DNA of 64,000 nucleotides from Antedon mediterranea (Eukaryota; Animalia; Echinodermata). The notes below the pieces were generated by a model. That model searched no databases and was not told the origin of the DNA. It worked only from the letters and a program-made list of their open reading frames with translations. The translations under genes were made by a program, and so were the position numbers. Numbering within the stretch: position 1 is the first letter of the stretch; every line of letters starts with the position of its first letter. This document shows positions 53,001 to 64,000 of the stretch, one piece after another. Where the stretch lies: contig NC_092676.1 in the NCBI RefSeq assembly GCF_964355755.1, positions 19,858,871 through 19,922,870 of the forward strand, read 5' to 3'.

Positions 53001-56000
53001 TTAATAAGGACATAGAGAGTACACAGTGTTAAGGAGCTAGAAACTCTTTGCTAAGAGCCTATCGAACAGCTCTTAAGAACATTTCCTTTCAAATTATCGT
53101 TTTCAAAAACACTTAAAAAATTGATGCAAAAGTTGATTAACTCAATGTAGTCTGACTTGTGATATGTTTTAAAGGCTATGATTGGTTTCATGATTTGCCT
53201 AGGTCACTATGGGAAATAATATGTCGGTTCGTGTCGTTTTTATAGCTAAATTTGTACAAAACTGCTTCAAAATAATGTTTTTATTTAGAAAAACTTACAC
53301 TACAGCATAATATCAAGAATTGTTATTCAATGTACAGTACTGTAAAAGCATGAGCTGTGCAGTTGATTCAAGGAATACATCAAATGGTTTTACATATATG
53401 TTTCTAGCTAACACCTTATTTCAAGTTTAAAATAAGTGATTTTACACCTTATTTCAAGTTTAAAATAAGTAATTTTACACCTTATTTCAAGTTTAAAATA
53501 AGTGATTTTATTACTGTAATGATGTGCCCTACGACCTACGTTTTTTCGACCTAATTTAAGGTCACAAACTATATTTTATACAAAATTAATACTAGGCCTA
53601 TATGATCCTATTTCGATAACTTTTTTTCGTCTTTAAACTGTTAAAAATGTGAAAAATAAGTTGATTCTAATAATTTAAGCGGCCCGCTATAAATCCCACA
53701 AGGATTGACATTTTCATGTTGATATGGATGCACGGCAAGTTTCGGTCGGCGATCATGAAAACAAATAAGAGAACCATAACTTTTTGGCGAAAATACCAGG
53801 TCTTCCCCAATTTGTATTAACGGATTCTGCCAAAAAAGGAAATACTAATTATTTAAAACTAACTTTAAAAAAAAACTAAAACAAATTTTAAACTAAAAGC
53901 TTATAAAATACAGCCAACTCTCATTAAATTGATGCAACTAGAGTTGTCTACATACAGTATAACCTCTATTAAGGGTATACCTTCTAGACCCAACAAAGTG
54001 TCCCCTTCATATGGGTGTTCCCTGAATAAGGAATATTAAAACACATAAGGCTCCTTGTTCGTTACACAGGAAAGTATCCCCGTAATAGAGGTCCCCTAAT
54101 GTAGTTCTTATGTATTTCAAAGAACTGAAATAATTTTATCCTTTTCGTTTTCAGGTATAAACATTATTTTAGATAATAATGAGGACACAAATATGTTCTG
54201 TTGATCTTGTTTTTGATAGAGTTGGCTGTATTTACTAAAATAAAATATCTAACATCTTTTTTTCTGAATTCTTTAATTTGCAGGATATTCACTATAGCAA
54301 GTATAATACTCTGCCAAATGACTCTTACTCAAAAGTTTGTAGCTTGTGGTTTGCCAGCTGACCACTTTACTTCCTGCATGCTCGCTTTAGATATTAACAG
54401 AACTAGAATTCAATTACGAAGTACTAGCATGACATACAAAAAACCATTCTGGGTTACCACCGCCATCTTTATAATATTCCATTTCAGAATACAGTACTGA
54501 AGACCCCTATTAAGAGCAGTGGTGTAGCAGCTATGAGTGCTCACTGGCTAAACCCCGGGGCCCAGAGGAAAAAAAGGCATTAAAATATGTCGAAAACAGC
54601 TTTGCCAGAGGCTTCCAGCGTTAGTAGAAGGCCACTTAGGGTTCCTAAACAAGGGTTCTCAGGTCTCTGTGTTACGCCACTGATTAAGAGGACACTGTTT
54701 TGACTATAGAAAGCGTCCCCTTAAGAGGGCCGTCCCCTTAAGAGGGCCGTCCCCTGGTTCTACTGTATTTAGTTTTTCATCGGTCAAGGCTAGCAAAATA
54801 TTGTCTTGTAAAATTTACACCCATAGTTGCCAAGGGCTATTTTCGAAAATATAAATAAATAATAAAGACCTCTATTAATAAATACATAAGCCAATAAGGG
54901 CATGCCCAAAAAGGGTAACGCATTTACATTGTATGTCAGACTAGTACTAAAGTGTAAACTGATAATACCAATGCATATACTGTATGTATAGAGACTTCAC
55001 TATAATTTCTCTATGATATGCCATAGGTATACAGTATATACTGTATATAAATATACTCATGGTAATAGCAATGCCTTTAATTATCTATATTAGTTATAGA
55101 ATATTATTATTACTACTATTATTTATTAATTAGTTTACTTTAGTCACATTGCAGTCCTATTTGTTTTACTATGACCTGCTATTGTTGACACAATATCCAA
55201 CATGTCTTTTATTGATACTCTTCACAATAACCCCTATATGACTAATGCTTTAGCTTTGCTCTGAACCTAAAGAAAAACATGTTGAATCACAATACAAGGT
55301 CGTCAGTCTTGAGTGTTAGAATGACATTTTTTATTTTGATTTCCTTATTTATATATATTATTGATTTTAATATGTTTTTTTTTTTCATTCTTTTTATCAT
55401 CAATTCATCATCAACAACAAATATCAAATGATTTTAATTTTTAGTTAATTATATATTAACTTGTATTTTTATTGTATAAGAATATAAATTTATGTAATTA
55501 CTTTAAATCACATATATATAATATAATATTAATTTATATATTTATGTATTTAAACTTTTAATTTACATATTATATTCACTGTGCACAGATGTTTATATCA
55601 TATTTATAATGTACTGTAACAAAATATATAAGATTAACAAATTTGATGACAACTTTGATTTGAACTTAGAATCGTCTGCGTATCAGGCAAATGCCCTACC
55701 ATTTAGACCACTGAGGTTTTCATAATCTTTTCAGAGATTTCTATCCAAAAATCTTTTCATTTGATAATATAGAAACAAAAACTATGTGAGATTTGAACTT
55801 AGATTTGAACATATCATCTTTTATATATCAGGCAAACATTCTAACATTAGACCACAAAAATCATTATTCAGAGATTTCTTTCAATTGATTTGACTTTTTC
55901 TAGGAAATTCAACAAATGATTTATATTGCTTTTAAGATGAATACAAGTTTGCAGTCCATAAGTACTTTATTGATAGATTTATAAGTACCTGTTCAAATTG

Positions 56001-59000
56001 ACAGTCGTTTATTTCATAAGGTCATTTAATAATGAGTAAATACAAAAGTGAAAGTATAATTTTGTTTTAATTTCCTGAATGCTATTATTATAATGATACA
56101 GTACTTTCTTAAGCTCTGTTAAATACACTATTAAACTAGTTTGATGTGCACAAATACGGTAGTGATATGCCCAAATATGGTAGTGATATGCCCAAATATG
56201 GTAGTGATATGCCCAAGTATGGTAGTGATATAAAATCATATATGGGCATATCACATTTTTTTTTGTCACATAAAGTTTGATAGTGTAAACAGAGCTTTAT
56301 TTATAGTAGTATAAAATAGAAAAAAAAGAAGCAAAATTATGATGTATTCATTTTAAAAGATACATTTATATAATTAAATGTTAATTGGATGGATATTTAT
56401 TGCATCAAACCTCATCCTTCTTCCAGATTCTACCCTCTCTTTGATCCCCATTCTACCCTCTCTTTGATCCCCATTCTACCCTCTCTTTGATCCCCATTCT
56501 ACCCTCTCTTTGATCCCCATTCTACCCTCTCTTTGATCCCCATCCCTTCACCCAACATTTTAAAAGTTTTGTACGGTTGGAAAAATATGTAGAACTTTTT
56601 TAATTCTTTATTCTATTGCTTTTTAAAAAATAAATTCTCCAGAAAGATGAGATTGAGAGTATATTAATAACAAGGCCAACAGCCATTAAGTCGCGTGCTA
56701 CAATGCATAGTGATACCGGACCGACAGACAAACAGACCGACAGACAGACGGACCGACCGACATAGTGAACTATACTGACCGAAATTACTGAACATGTTTA
56801 AAAATGTTGAAATGTTTAAAAACATTTATATTTTTTTAATTTACACGTGCGTAGCCTGTCACTTTTGACGTGCTCGTATAACGTAATTTCGAGTTGAAAA
56901 GTAAGTCAAGAAAACAGAAATCGGGCAAAAAGAGTGCGCAAAAACATTTAACGCGCAGTGCGCGCACAAAAATCTGCGCACTCATGGCAATTTTGTAAAC
57001 GCTTAAAATTGCCTGAAACGTACTCTTATTTCATCGAAAAAATTGAAAATTTTAAGCGCGCGTACGCATGCGTTACATGCGCTACGCACGTAATTGTATT
57101 GCCATATGATGATTTATGCCCTGAAATTTATGAGTACCAAATTTTATTTAATTGTGATTCATGGTTGTTAAGATATGATTACAAACGTGATTTCGTTAAA
57201 TCGTGCGTAGACCGCGTAATTTTTTATTGCGCACCGTGAAAACATAACCACATCGATTCCTGGCCATAAGGAATATTCTGTGAAAAATTGACTTAGCTAG
57301 ATTAAACTGATATCAAGATAAGGTCATAAAGCGATAAAACGCATAGTGATACCGGACCGACAGACAGACAGACAGACAGACCGACAGACAGACAGACCGA
57401 CCGACATAGTGAACTATAGAGTCGCTTCCACGCGACTAAAAACTTCTTCCTTTCTAATAAAGTTGTAATTGCGTGGTCCATATCCATAAATACAGTCAAC
57501 TTTCCCAATACCGGACACATTAGGCTGGCTAAATATATCTGGTTTTCCGGAAAGTCTGGTTTTCGGAATGTTTTTTTAATGGTAAAAATTAATTTGCGAC
57601 TGGGCTTCAAGAAAAGTCTGGTATTCAGAGAGTTGACTGTATACACATTTAACTTTTACCCACAAATCAGTAATACAACAAAAATGTTATGAATGTTTTA
57701 ATATATCTATATTAAATACACTTAATTAATATAATCATTTTGATATTTTGTCAAATTATTTTACAACACTATTTCTGCATGTGGTCGGATATTTGGTTGC
57801 AAACTATTTAAAATGGAAAATTTCTTCCATCAATATGATGATCTAACTGTATAATGTTTATTACAATCTAGATACAAAGAAAGATTAACAATGCATTCCG
57901 GAGAAAAGAGAACAAGCCAGCAAGAGAGAGTACAGCAAGTGAAGACAGGTCGTCGGTGGCGTCAGAGGACAGCGATGGCGAAATAAATGAAGCAGGTAAG
58001 GCATAACCTTGAATGTGTTGTTGAAATATTAGCAAGGTTTTCTAGAAATAGTTTTGGCGATAAGAAAATGTAAATATGAACAATTTGTCATTAAAAGTAA
58101 GTGTTTAAAAAATTGATAAGGTTTGTTGACTTTAATATCCATGACTAAATACCAGTTTTTTCTGGTAGAGTTTTTGTATTATCTATATACAGATTTAGTT
58201 CCTCTCATTTTAACACGGAAGTGTCTTGGTTTCCACCATATATTTTGAGTTTTCAACATTGGACCTTTATCAATGGGCCTATGGTTAGCCTACTTCCAAA
58301 TATTGAAGAGTAATTTTTCTACAATTCGATAATACAGTATACTGACCCTAAAGATCATATCCCCAGGTTAGGTATGAACTTCAGAATAAGATGGATTAAA
58401 GTTTGAGTTTAAAGATGTTATTCTGAGGCGATATACACCTTGTATGAAAAAAAATTAGTAAATAACAAAAATAATTCAAAAAAAATAGTTCAAATTTTGT
58501 AGGGGCTCCTGTTCATTCTTCACACATGACCAATTATCTAATTTTAGACTCGACAAAATCATATTTAAATCCAAACAATACAAAATTAAGTTATAGAGGT
58601 ATTAGTATGTTATTGTTTTTGTAATTTAAACAATGAATTGTTTCCGAAAAAGTAGCCATAGAGATTCTTTTATGTAGCCAAAAAAGTTATTTTTTGATAC
58701 CTAGTATTACTAACTGTGGTTGAAATCTCCATGGCAACTGTCAACGGTCACAGGAAGTCTGAGAGGAAGGGGAGAATCTAATTGTCCTAAGCTGTGTCGT
58801 AACGGTACAGCGTGGTATGTTTGAAACTGTCAAGAGGTTAATCAACCAACCGCCTGTTTGAAAAAAAAACCTGAGAGGCCAAAGTCAAACACCTTTAATT
58901 GATTAATTTAATTCATTAGGACAAAAAAAAACACCCTGTATATAAATTGCATTTCCTAGTTCTGTTGTTATTTCTCAGTATAGAGTTGGCAGCTTTTGAT

Positions 59001-62000
59001 GATGATAAATTAATTTGGTGAACTGTTCGCCGGCTTCTGTAAAGCTAGGCTATCATTTGTGATTTTTGTTTAAGCCTTTCGAGACAGCCTCGAAGCATCC
59101 TGTGTCAGGAAGCTTAGCGCCGTTTACTGGTCAGATTCTCTGCGCACTTGGCTTTCGCATCTCAGATCATTGATACTTTATTTCATTGTCATGGTTTTTT
59201 CAATAGGAAGTTTTTAAATGTTGTTTTCAAGTAAGTGAATATTAATTTTATGCCTTATAATGACTTACTGTATTTCCTAAATATTGTTAGATAGTGTAGA
59301 TTGGTGCTGATACCATGGATAAATAAAGTTTATTCAGGGAGATTTAAACAACAAAGTGCATGTACTGGTATCATCCATACATTTTGTTTGTATTTCCAAG
59401 GTTGTTGGATCAGTTCTTTTACATAAAATTATACTTTATATTTTTATAGTGATCTTTAATAAACTAATTTTGTTTGTTCTAGTGTATAGTACTGTATCTT
59501 TTAGTGGAATTATTTAGAGTTTCAAAATAATAAAATCTGATCAACACCTGTTGTTACTATACCTGGATGAATGATAATATTCAGCTTTTCAAAATAGATT
59601 AGTTTTGTTTAGTTCTTATATTGGCAGCGTTTGTTTATTTTGTATTCTATTTCCTTATATTTGTCAATTCTATTCGCTTTACCATGATTTTTTTGGAGTT
59701 GGGTAGCCGATATATCATTTCGACAGTCTACTCAGCTGTAAATTAGTACCTGGTTGGAATACTAGAGAGGATAAGGTGGCATGGAAATGGACTGGCCACC
59801 TCACCACATAATGCAGAGGCTTAGTAAAATGAGCTCCTACTAACAGCTCATTCCCTTATGGGACCTTTACCATGATTTGTTATGTTTATTATAATTTAGT
59901 ATGGAATTTTGTATTATTTCATTTTCAAAGAACTTATAAACACACCTCAAAAGAGGAAGTATTTAGTGTTTACAGTAGTTGAAGGTGTGATTTGTGAAAT
60001 GCATTCACCAACCCAGCTAATTAGTTTTAGAGTTTATAAACAATATATCCTCTTTCCTAGCATTTTGGATACAATTTTATTTCACCCTTCAACATCTTGT
60101 AAATTCATTTTGTTTAAAACTAGTATATATCAGAGTAAGCGAGAAGGTTTACAAAAGGATGAAGTGGGTGTGGTTTTTTTTTTGACTAGAGCAAATGAAT
60201 TTCCCTTTTTTAAATCTGAAGTCGGTTTGTTGAATAAAGCATGTTTGATATTTTTGCTATGTTAACTTTCAATATGTTTGATTCAAAGTTTAAGAAATAG
60301 TTGTGAAAGTAGAATTGAAACTACAGCACAAAACAACATATTTATTAGATTCTCACAATTTCCAATCAGAGGTGAAACAGTGCATTTTTGTAGACAAACA
60401 CTGGTTGCGTAAGGTATAATTTTGTAGGAAACAATTGAGGCTATTAGATTATGGTGATATTCCGCTTTGCATGCTTTGTCACAAGAAATTTAAAATATTA
60501 TTATTATTATTATATCCAAAAAAAAAAAAAAAATAAAAATGAGGTAGCCTATGTTTCCTACTCACAAATATATGTTGAAGCAAAAGCAGTTCTGAAACCT
60601 ATTGCTTGTTCCTGACAAGATTGTGGTAAAAATATTGATTCTATTATTCGAATAAACGCTCTGCTTTGAATAAACACTTTCTTCAAATCAAATGCCCCCA
60701 TAGAACATCATTTTTAATAAAAGCTCACCCACGAATTAACCCTCTACAGGGCCTTTATTTATTTCCTCAAATAAATTTCTTGTAGCAGAATTCATTGATT
60801 GACATGATCTACAATTAACCAAGCATTTTGAGAAAATGTTTACTGTATTTTATCACTTCTCGAAATTAATTGTGTTTTTTCATATCTAGTGGTATTATGT
60901 TACCAATTACACCAAAAAAAATAAATGCATCCCTTGGCCAAATTAAATACAAAAATCCCTCCTGAACAATAAATGGCCTTGGCGAATTCCATACGGTGAA
61001 TATAAAAATAAATATAAAATATGGCTCCTAATGAATAATAAAAGAAAAATATTATTTTAAAAGTTGCATATAAGCTGTGTGGTCACAATGATAATATTGC
61101 TATAATTTTATATAGCATATCCGTAGATGTTCATTGTAATGCTTGATAATTTCTGGCCCATTTACCTACAAGGATCGTGATAGAGTTATTTGTCTCGTGG
61201 AAGAAAATGTATAATGGTCAGAGTTGTAGAAAGGAAATGAAAATAAGTAGATTGAGTACTGATTTTGTGCACAATCGTATAACGAAGAATTTATATAATT
61301 CTTCATGCTTCAATGAACTCAATTTCGCAATATTCACACAATTCAACACAAATTTTTGTTTATTTTATAAATAAACCAGAAATGAGGCATTATTTCTTTA
61401 TTTATTTCTTAATAATATATATGTATATATATTCTTGCACCAGATATATGTTTATTTTTAAATCATTCATATTCGATAAAGTTTATTCTTATTCAACTTT
61501 TTTTTTATAGAACATAAAAAGAGGCTAACAGAAATAAGACGTAGACGAAGTCGCTCCCAGTATTGCAGGGTAGAACGTATCCGCCAGTACGCACGTTATG
61601 AAAAGTTATTTGATTATGTCGTAGTTGTGTCATTACGGAATAATTCAGAGAAACGATGCTTTGAGCCATATGAAGTGAGGAGATTTCCGCAAGAGGTAAG
61701 AATGTTTCCGGTATCAATTGGATTTATGTATTGTAGATGTTTCCAGTATGACTATAATATTGGGTATGAAAATAGTTATCATCCAATACATGTATGCCAT
61801 TAGAGAGTGAATTGGCATAATGATTAAGGGATATAGGACTAGCGTGTGAGAGGCATGGGTTTGACCTTTCTCTACCATAATTTGTGTATCATTAAGCAAG
61901 ATAATCTGCCCTCATTGCCTGTCTTTCGGATGGGACGTAAAGTCGTTGAACCTGTGTACATACATGCATGTGCCTGATAAAAGATTTTCAAAAAGACAAT

Positions 62001-63576
62001 GTTCATAGTCATTCACAACATTTTTGCTAACCAAACAAATTATTAAAATTCAAGTGTCATACTTTATATTTGTAGTAAATACGAATAGTTTTTTATTATA
62101 TAATATTTTCAAAATATTGCATTCATTTTATGTCTTACAAAGTACATTGAAAATGAAATAATTAAAATAAATTTTTTCTAGGAAAAAAAACATAACATTT
62201 CATTTGGTTGTGTTTAGTGGATTAAATTTCCGAATGACATGTGTCAAAGAATGATAAATTATATTATATTATTATATTATTATTATATACTCTTAATCTG
62301 ACACAGCATATTCATTGAAATTATGAGCTATTTTAAATAAACTGTGGTTTATTTAATTTATTCAATTTAAAGTTGTTTTGCAAATTCTGTAAAATCTTAT
62401 AGCTATTTATATTCTGGACAGCATTTTTACCTCCAATCACAAAAACATTGCTTGCTTCTATATGTACATGGGATACAAAAAATAGAAATTTTTTATCAAA
62501 TGTCGAAATATTAATACCAATTACTACAATATATACTACTAAATACCAGTTGACTATCCCAATACTAGAATATCTGAAAAATCTTGAAAACTCAGGAGAG
62601 ACTAGACCAAACTTTTCTTGTGGTCCATTTTATCATTAAAAACACATTGGGAATACCAGAATATCTGGAAAATCAGACAAGTACAATGGAGTCTTGTAGA
62701 GTTGACTGTAGTGTACTCTAAATTCATTGATTACATGATTCTTTTTGTACATATAGGTTGGTGGTCCAGATAAGTTACGAGCAATACCACAATTCTGCTT
62801 TCCAGATGCATTTAAGTGGGCACCAGTTGAGCAATACCGTAGGTATGGCCTTTAAATTTCACTTAATATACACTTGCATATATCTTGTGGTAAATAATTC
62901 TGCTTTCCAGATTCATTTAAGTGGAGCAATACTGTAGGTATGGCCTTACAATTTTTAGCTAAGCAGCTGCTCAACATGAAGGGACGATATAGAGGAGATA
63001 AAAGTTGTTGTGTGTGTGTGTCATCCGCACCTGTTCAGGCTGCAAAACACAGATTATTTCGCCTATTTAATTAATTAACCACTGGTATAACACTTTTTTA
63101 AACCTTGTGACATATGTACTCTGCATCATCATTGCTGCGTAGCAGCTATCTAAATTCTGGACAGTAATTTGACCTCCCATCACACGAACATTGCTTGTCA
63201 GATCCGAAAGGTCATGGTTTGCCTAAAAAAACTCACCTAAAACGACCTAGGCCAAGTTTACGGCTTTCACTTCCTGGAAGTGAAATCAATTATTGCAGGC
63301 GATGATTGCTGCATAGTCCATAGGAGGTCATTTGCTATCCAAATGAGAAGCGTTGCAACCCCTCCGCCTCTATTTTAAAGTAGGCTAGATCCGCCCGCTG
63401 CTTAGTACAATATTTGCTTGAGCAAATTTGTAGGCCGATGTCCACAGCCATTTCTAGTTTATTTATATAATTTAATAAAAATTCTTTTCTTTTATGTTAT
63501 ATTTAGTGAAACATTCTCGTTTGTTCTAACAAGTGAAGATGGATCCAGGTTGTATGGTTATTGCAGAAGACTTCTG
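50013..63576 (+). CDS. DENND2: DENN domain-containing protein 2 / ST5-like Rab GEF, 5' part (continues beyond window)
   Basis: Exons 50013-51641 (long disordered N-terminus), 52229-52333, 57872-57995, 61511-61695, 62757-62842, 63507-63576. uDENN motifs LFDYVVVVSL, RFP, LRAIPQFCFPDAFKWAPVEQYRSETFSFVLTSEDGSRLYGYCRRLL are diagnostic of the DENND2/ST5 family. Confidence 0.92.
53411..53510. repeat. 33-bp tandem repeat x3 (ACACCTTATTTCAAGTTTAAAATAAGTGATTTT)
   Basis: Three near-identical copies. Confidence 0.9.
54517..54682. mobile_element. hAT-type MITE with 8-bp TSD, nested in a Tc1/mariner-type MITE
   Basis: ATTAAGAG|cagtggtgtag...ttacgccactg|ATTAAGAG; related copies at about 37362-37531, 39425-39580 and 48084-48269. 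Confidence 0.8.
56427..56543. repeat. 23-bp tandem repeat x5 (ATTCTACCCTCTCTTTGATCCCC)
   Basis: Five perfect copies. Confidence 0.95.
56669..57442 (-). mobile_element. Helentron-associated non-autonomous element (DINE-1/HINE-like)
   Basis: AACAAGGCC terminus, two (GACA/GACC)n microsatellite blocks each preceded by gcatagtgataccggacc, agtcgcgtg/cacgcgact subterminal inverted repeats, terminal hairpin agtcgcttccacgcgact, A-rich insertion site; a short related end at ~45983-46040. Confidence 0.7.
59218..59230 (+). CDS. DENND2: Candidate alternative first coding exon of DENND2 (short isoform)
   Basis: ATG TTG TTT TCA A|gtaagt; phase 1 matches the acceptor at 61511; preceded by a GC-richer promoter-like stretch. 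Confidence 0.45.
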
Positions 63577-64000
63577 GTGTGTAACAATACTTTTACTTTC
63601 ACATAAATCTTTTGTCTGCCTTTTCTTTGTTTTTATTAATCTTAGATACAGTAAAGTTATTTCCTTAAATTATCATACTACAATTTTAAAAGATGTATTG
63701 TCTGCCAAAAACATGAAAAATGAAGATTCATTTAAATCAGACTTTGCATAAGTTATTTTATAGTTTTAATAAAGTTAATCACTTCCGAAGAAAAAAAAAC
63801 AATGTTTTCACTTATATAAGATAAATAAATATTATGTGACATTAAAATGGCATATAAAAAAAAAAAAAATTATTTTTCAGGGGAACAATACATCTTTAAC
63901 AAATTTGTCTACTTTAAAAAGTGTCTCCAGGTTTTGCTTAAAGGTTTTTACTTTAATTTGTTTTTAAGTAATAGAAAATTCACCAAAATTGATTCTCATT

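Noticed and set aside
52971-53030. Possible extra DENND2 exon
   Set aside because: The phase-0 reading from the cag acceptor hits TAG, and there is no good donor for the alternative acceptor

Overview
AT-rich, intron-dense animal nuclear DNA. It is probably from a marine invertebrate deuterostome such as an echinoderm, inferred from the Deu/Nin-type SINEs and gene style. Four spliced genes can be reconstructed by hand from GT-AG boundaries and family motifs: (1) the 3' part of CKAP5/ch-TOG/XMAP215 (+, 1-28879, about 40 exons, including a GC-AG intron and several small in-frame cassette exons); (2) a complete choline/ethanolamine kinase (+, 31868-38845); (3) a secreted dermatopontin/amebocyte-aggregation-factor-like gene (-, 43482-45525) with a decayed partial duplicate upstream; (4) the 5' part of a DENND2/ST5-like Rab GEF (+, about 47400 to the window end). 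Introns carry tRNA-derived SINEs, PIF/Harbinger, hAT and Tc1/mariner MITEs, a Kolobok-like element, a Crypton-like hairpin element, a Helentron/DINE-1-like element and several minisatellites. The most unusual locus is the choline kinase gene. It has a second, diverged exon 2 that ends in a hydrophobic tail, an in-frame upstream ATG adding a mitochondrial-presequence-like peptide, a duplicated exon-3 acceptor that causes a frameshift, and an ACGT-motif-dense promoter. No prokaryotic systems or CRISPR arrays are present. All gene models are manual and untested against RNA data.
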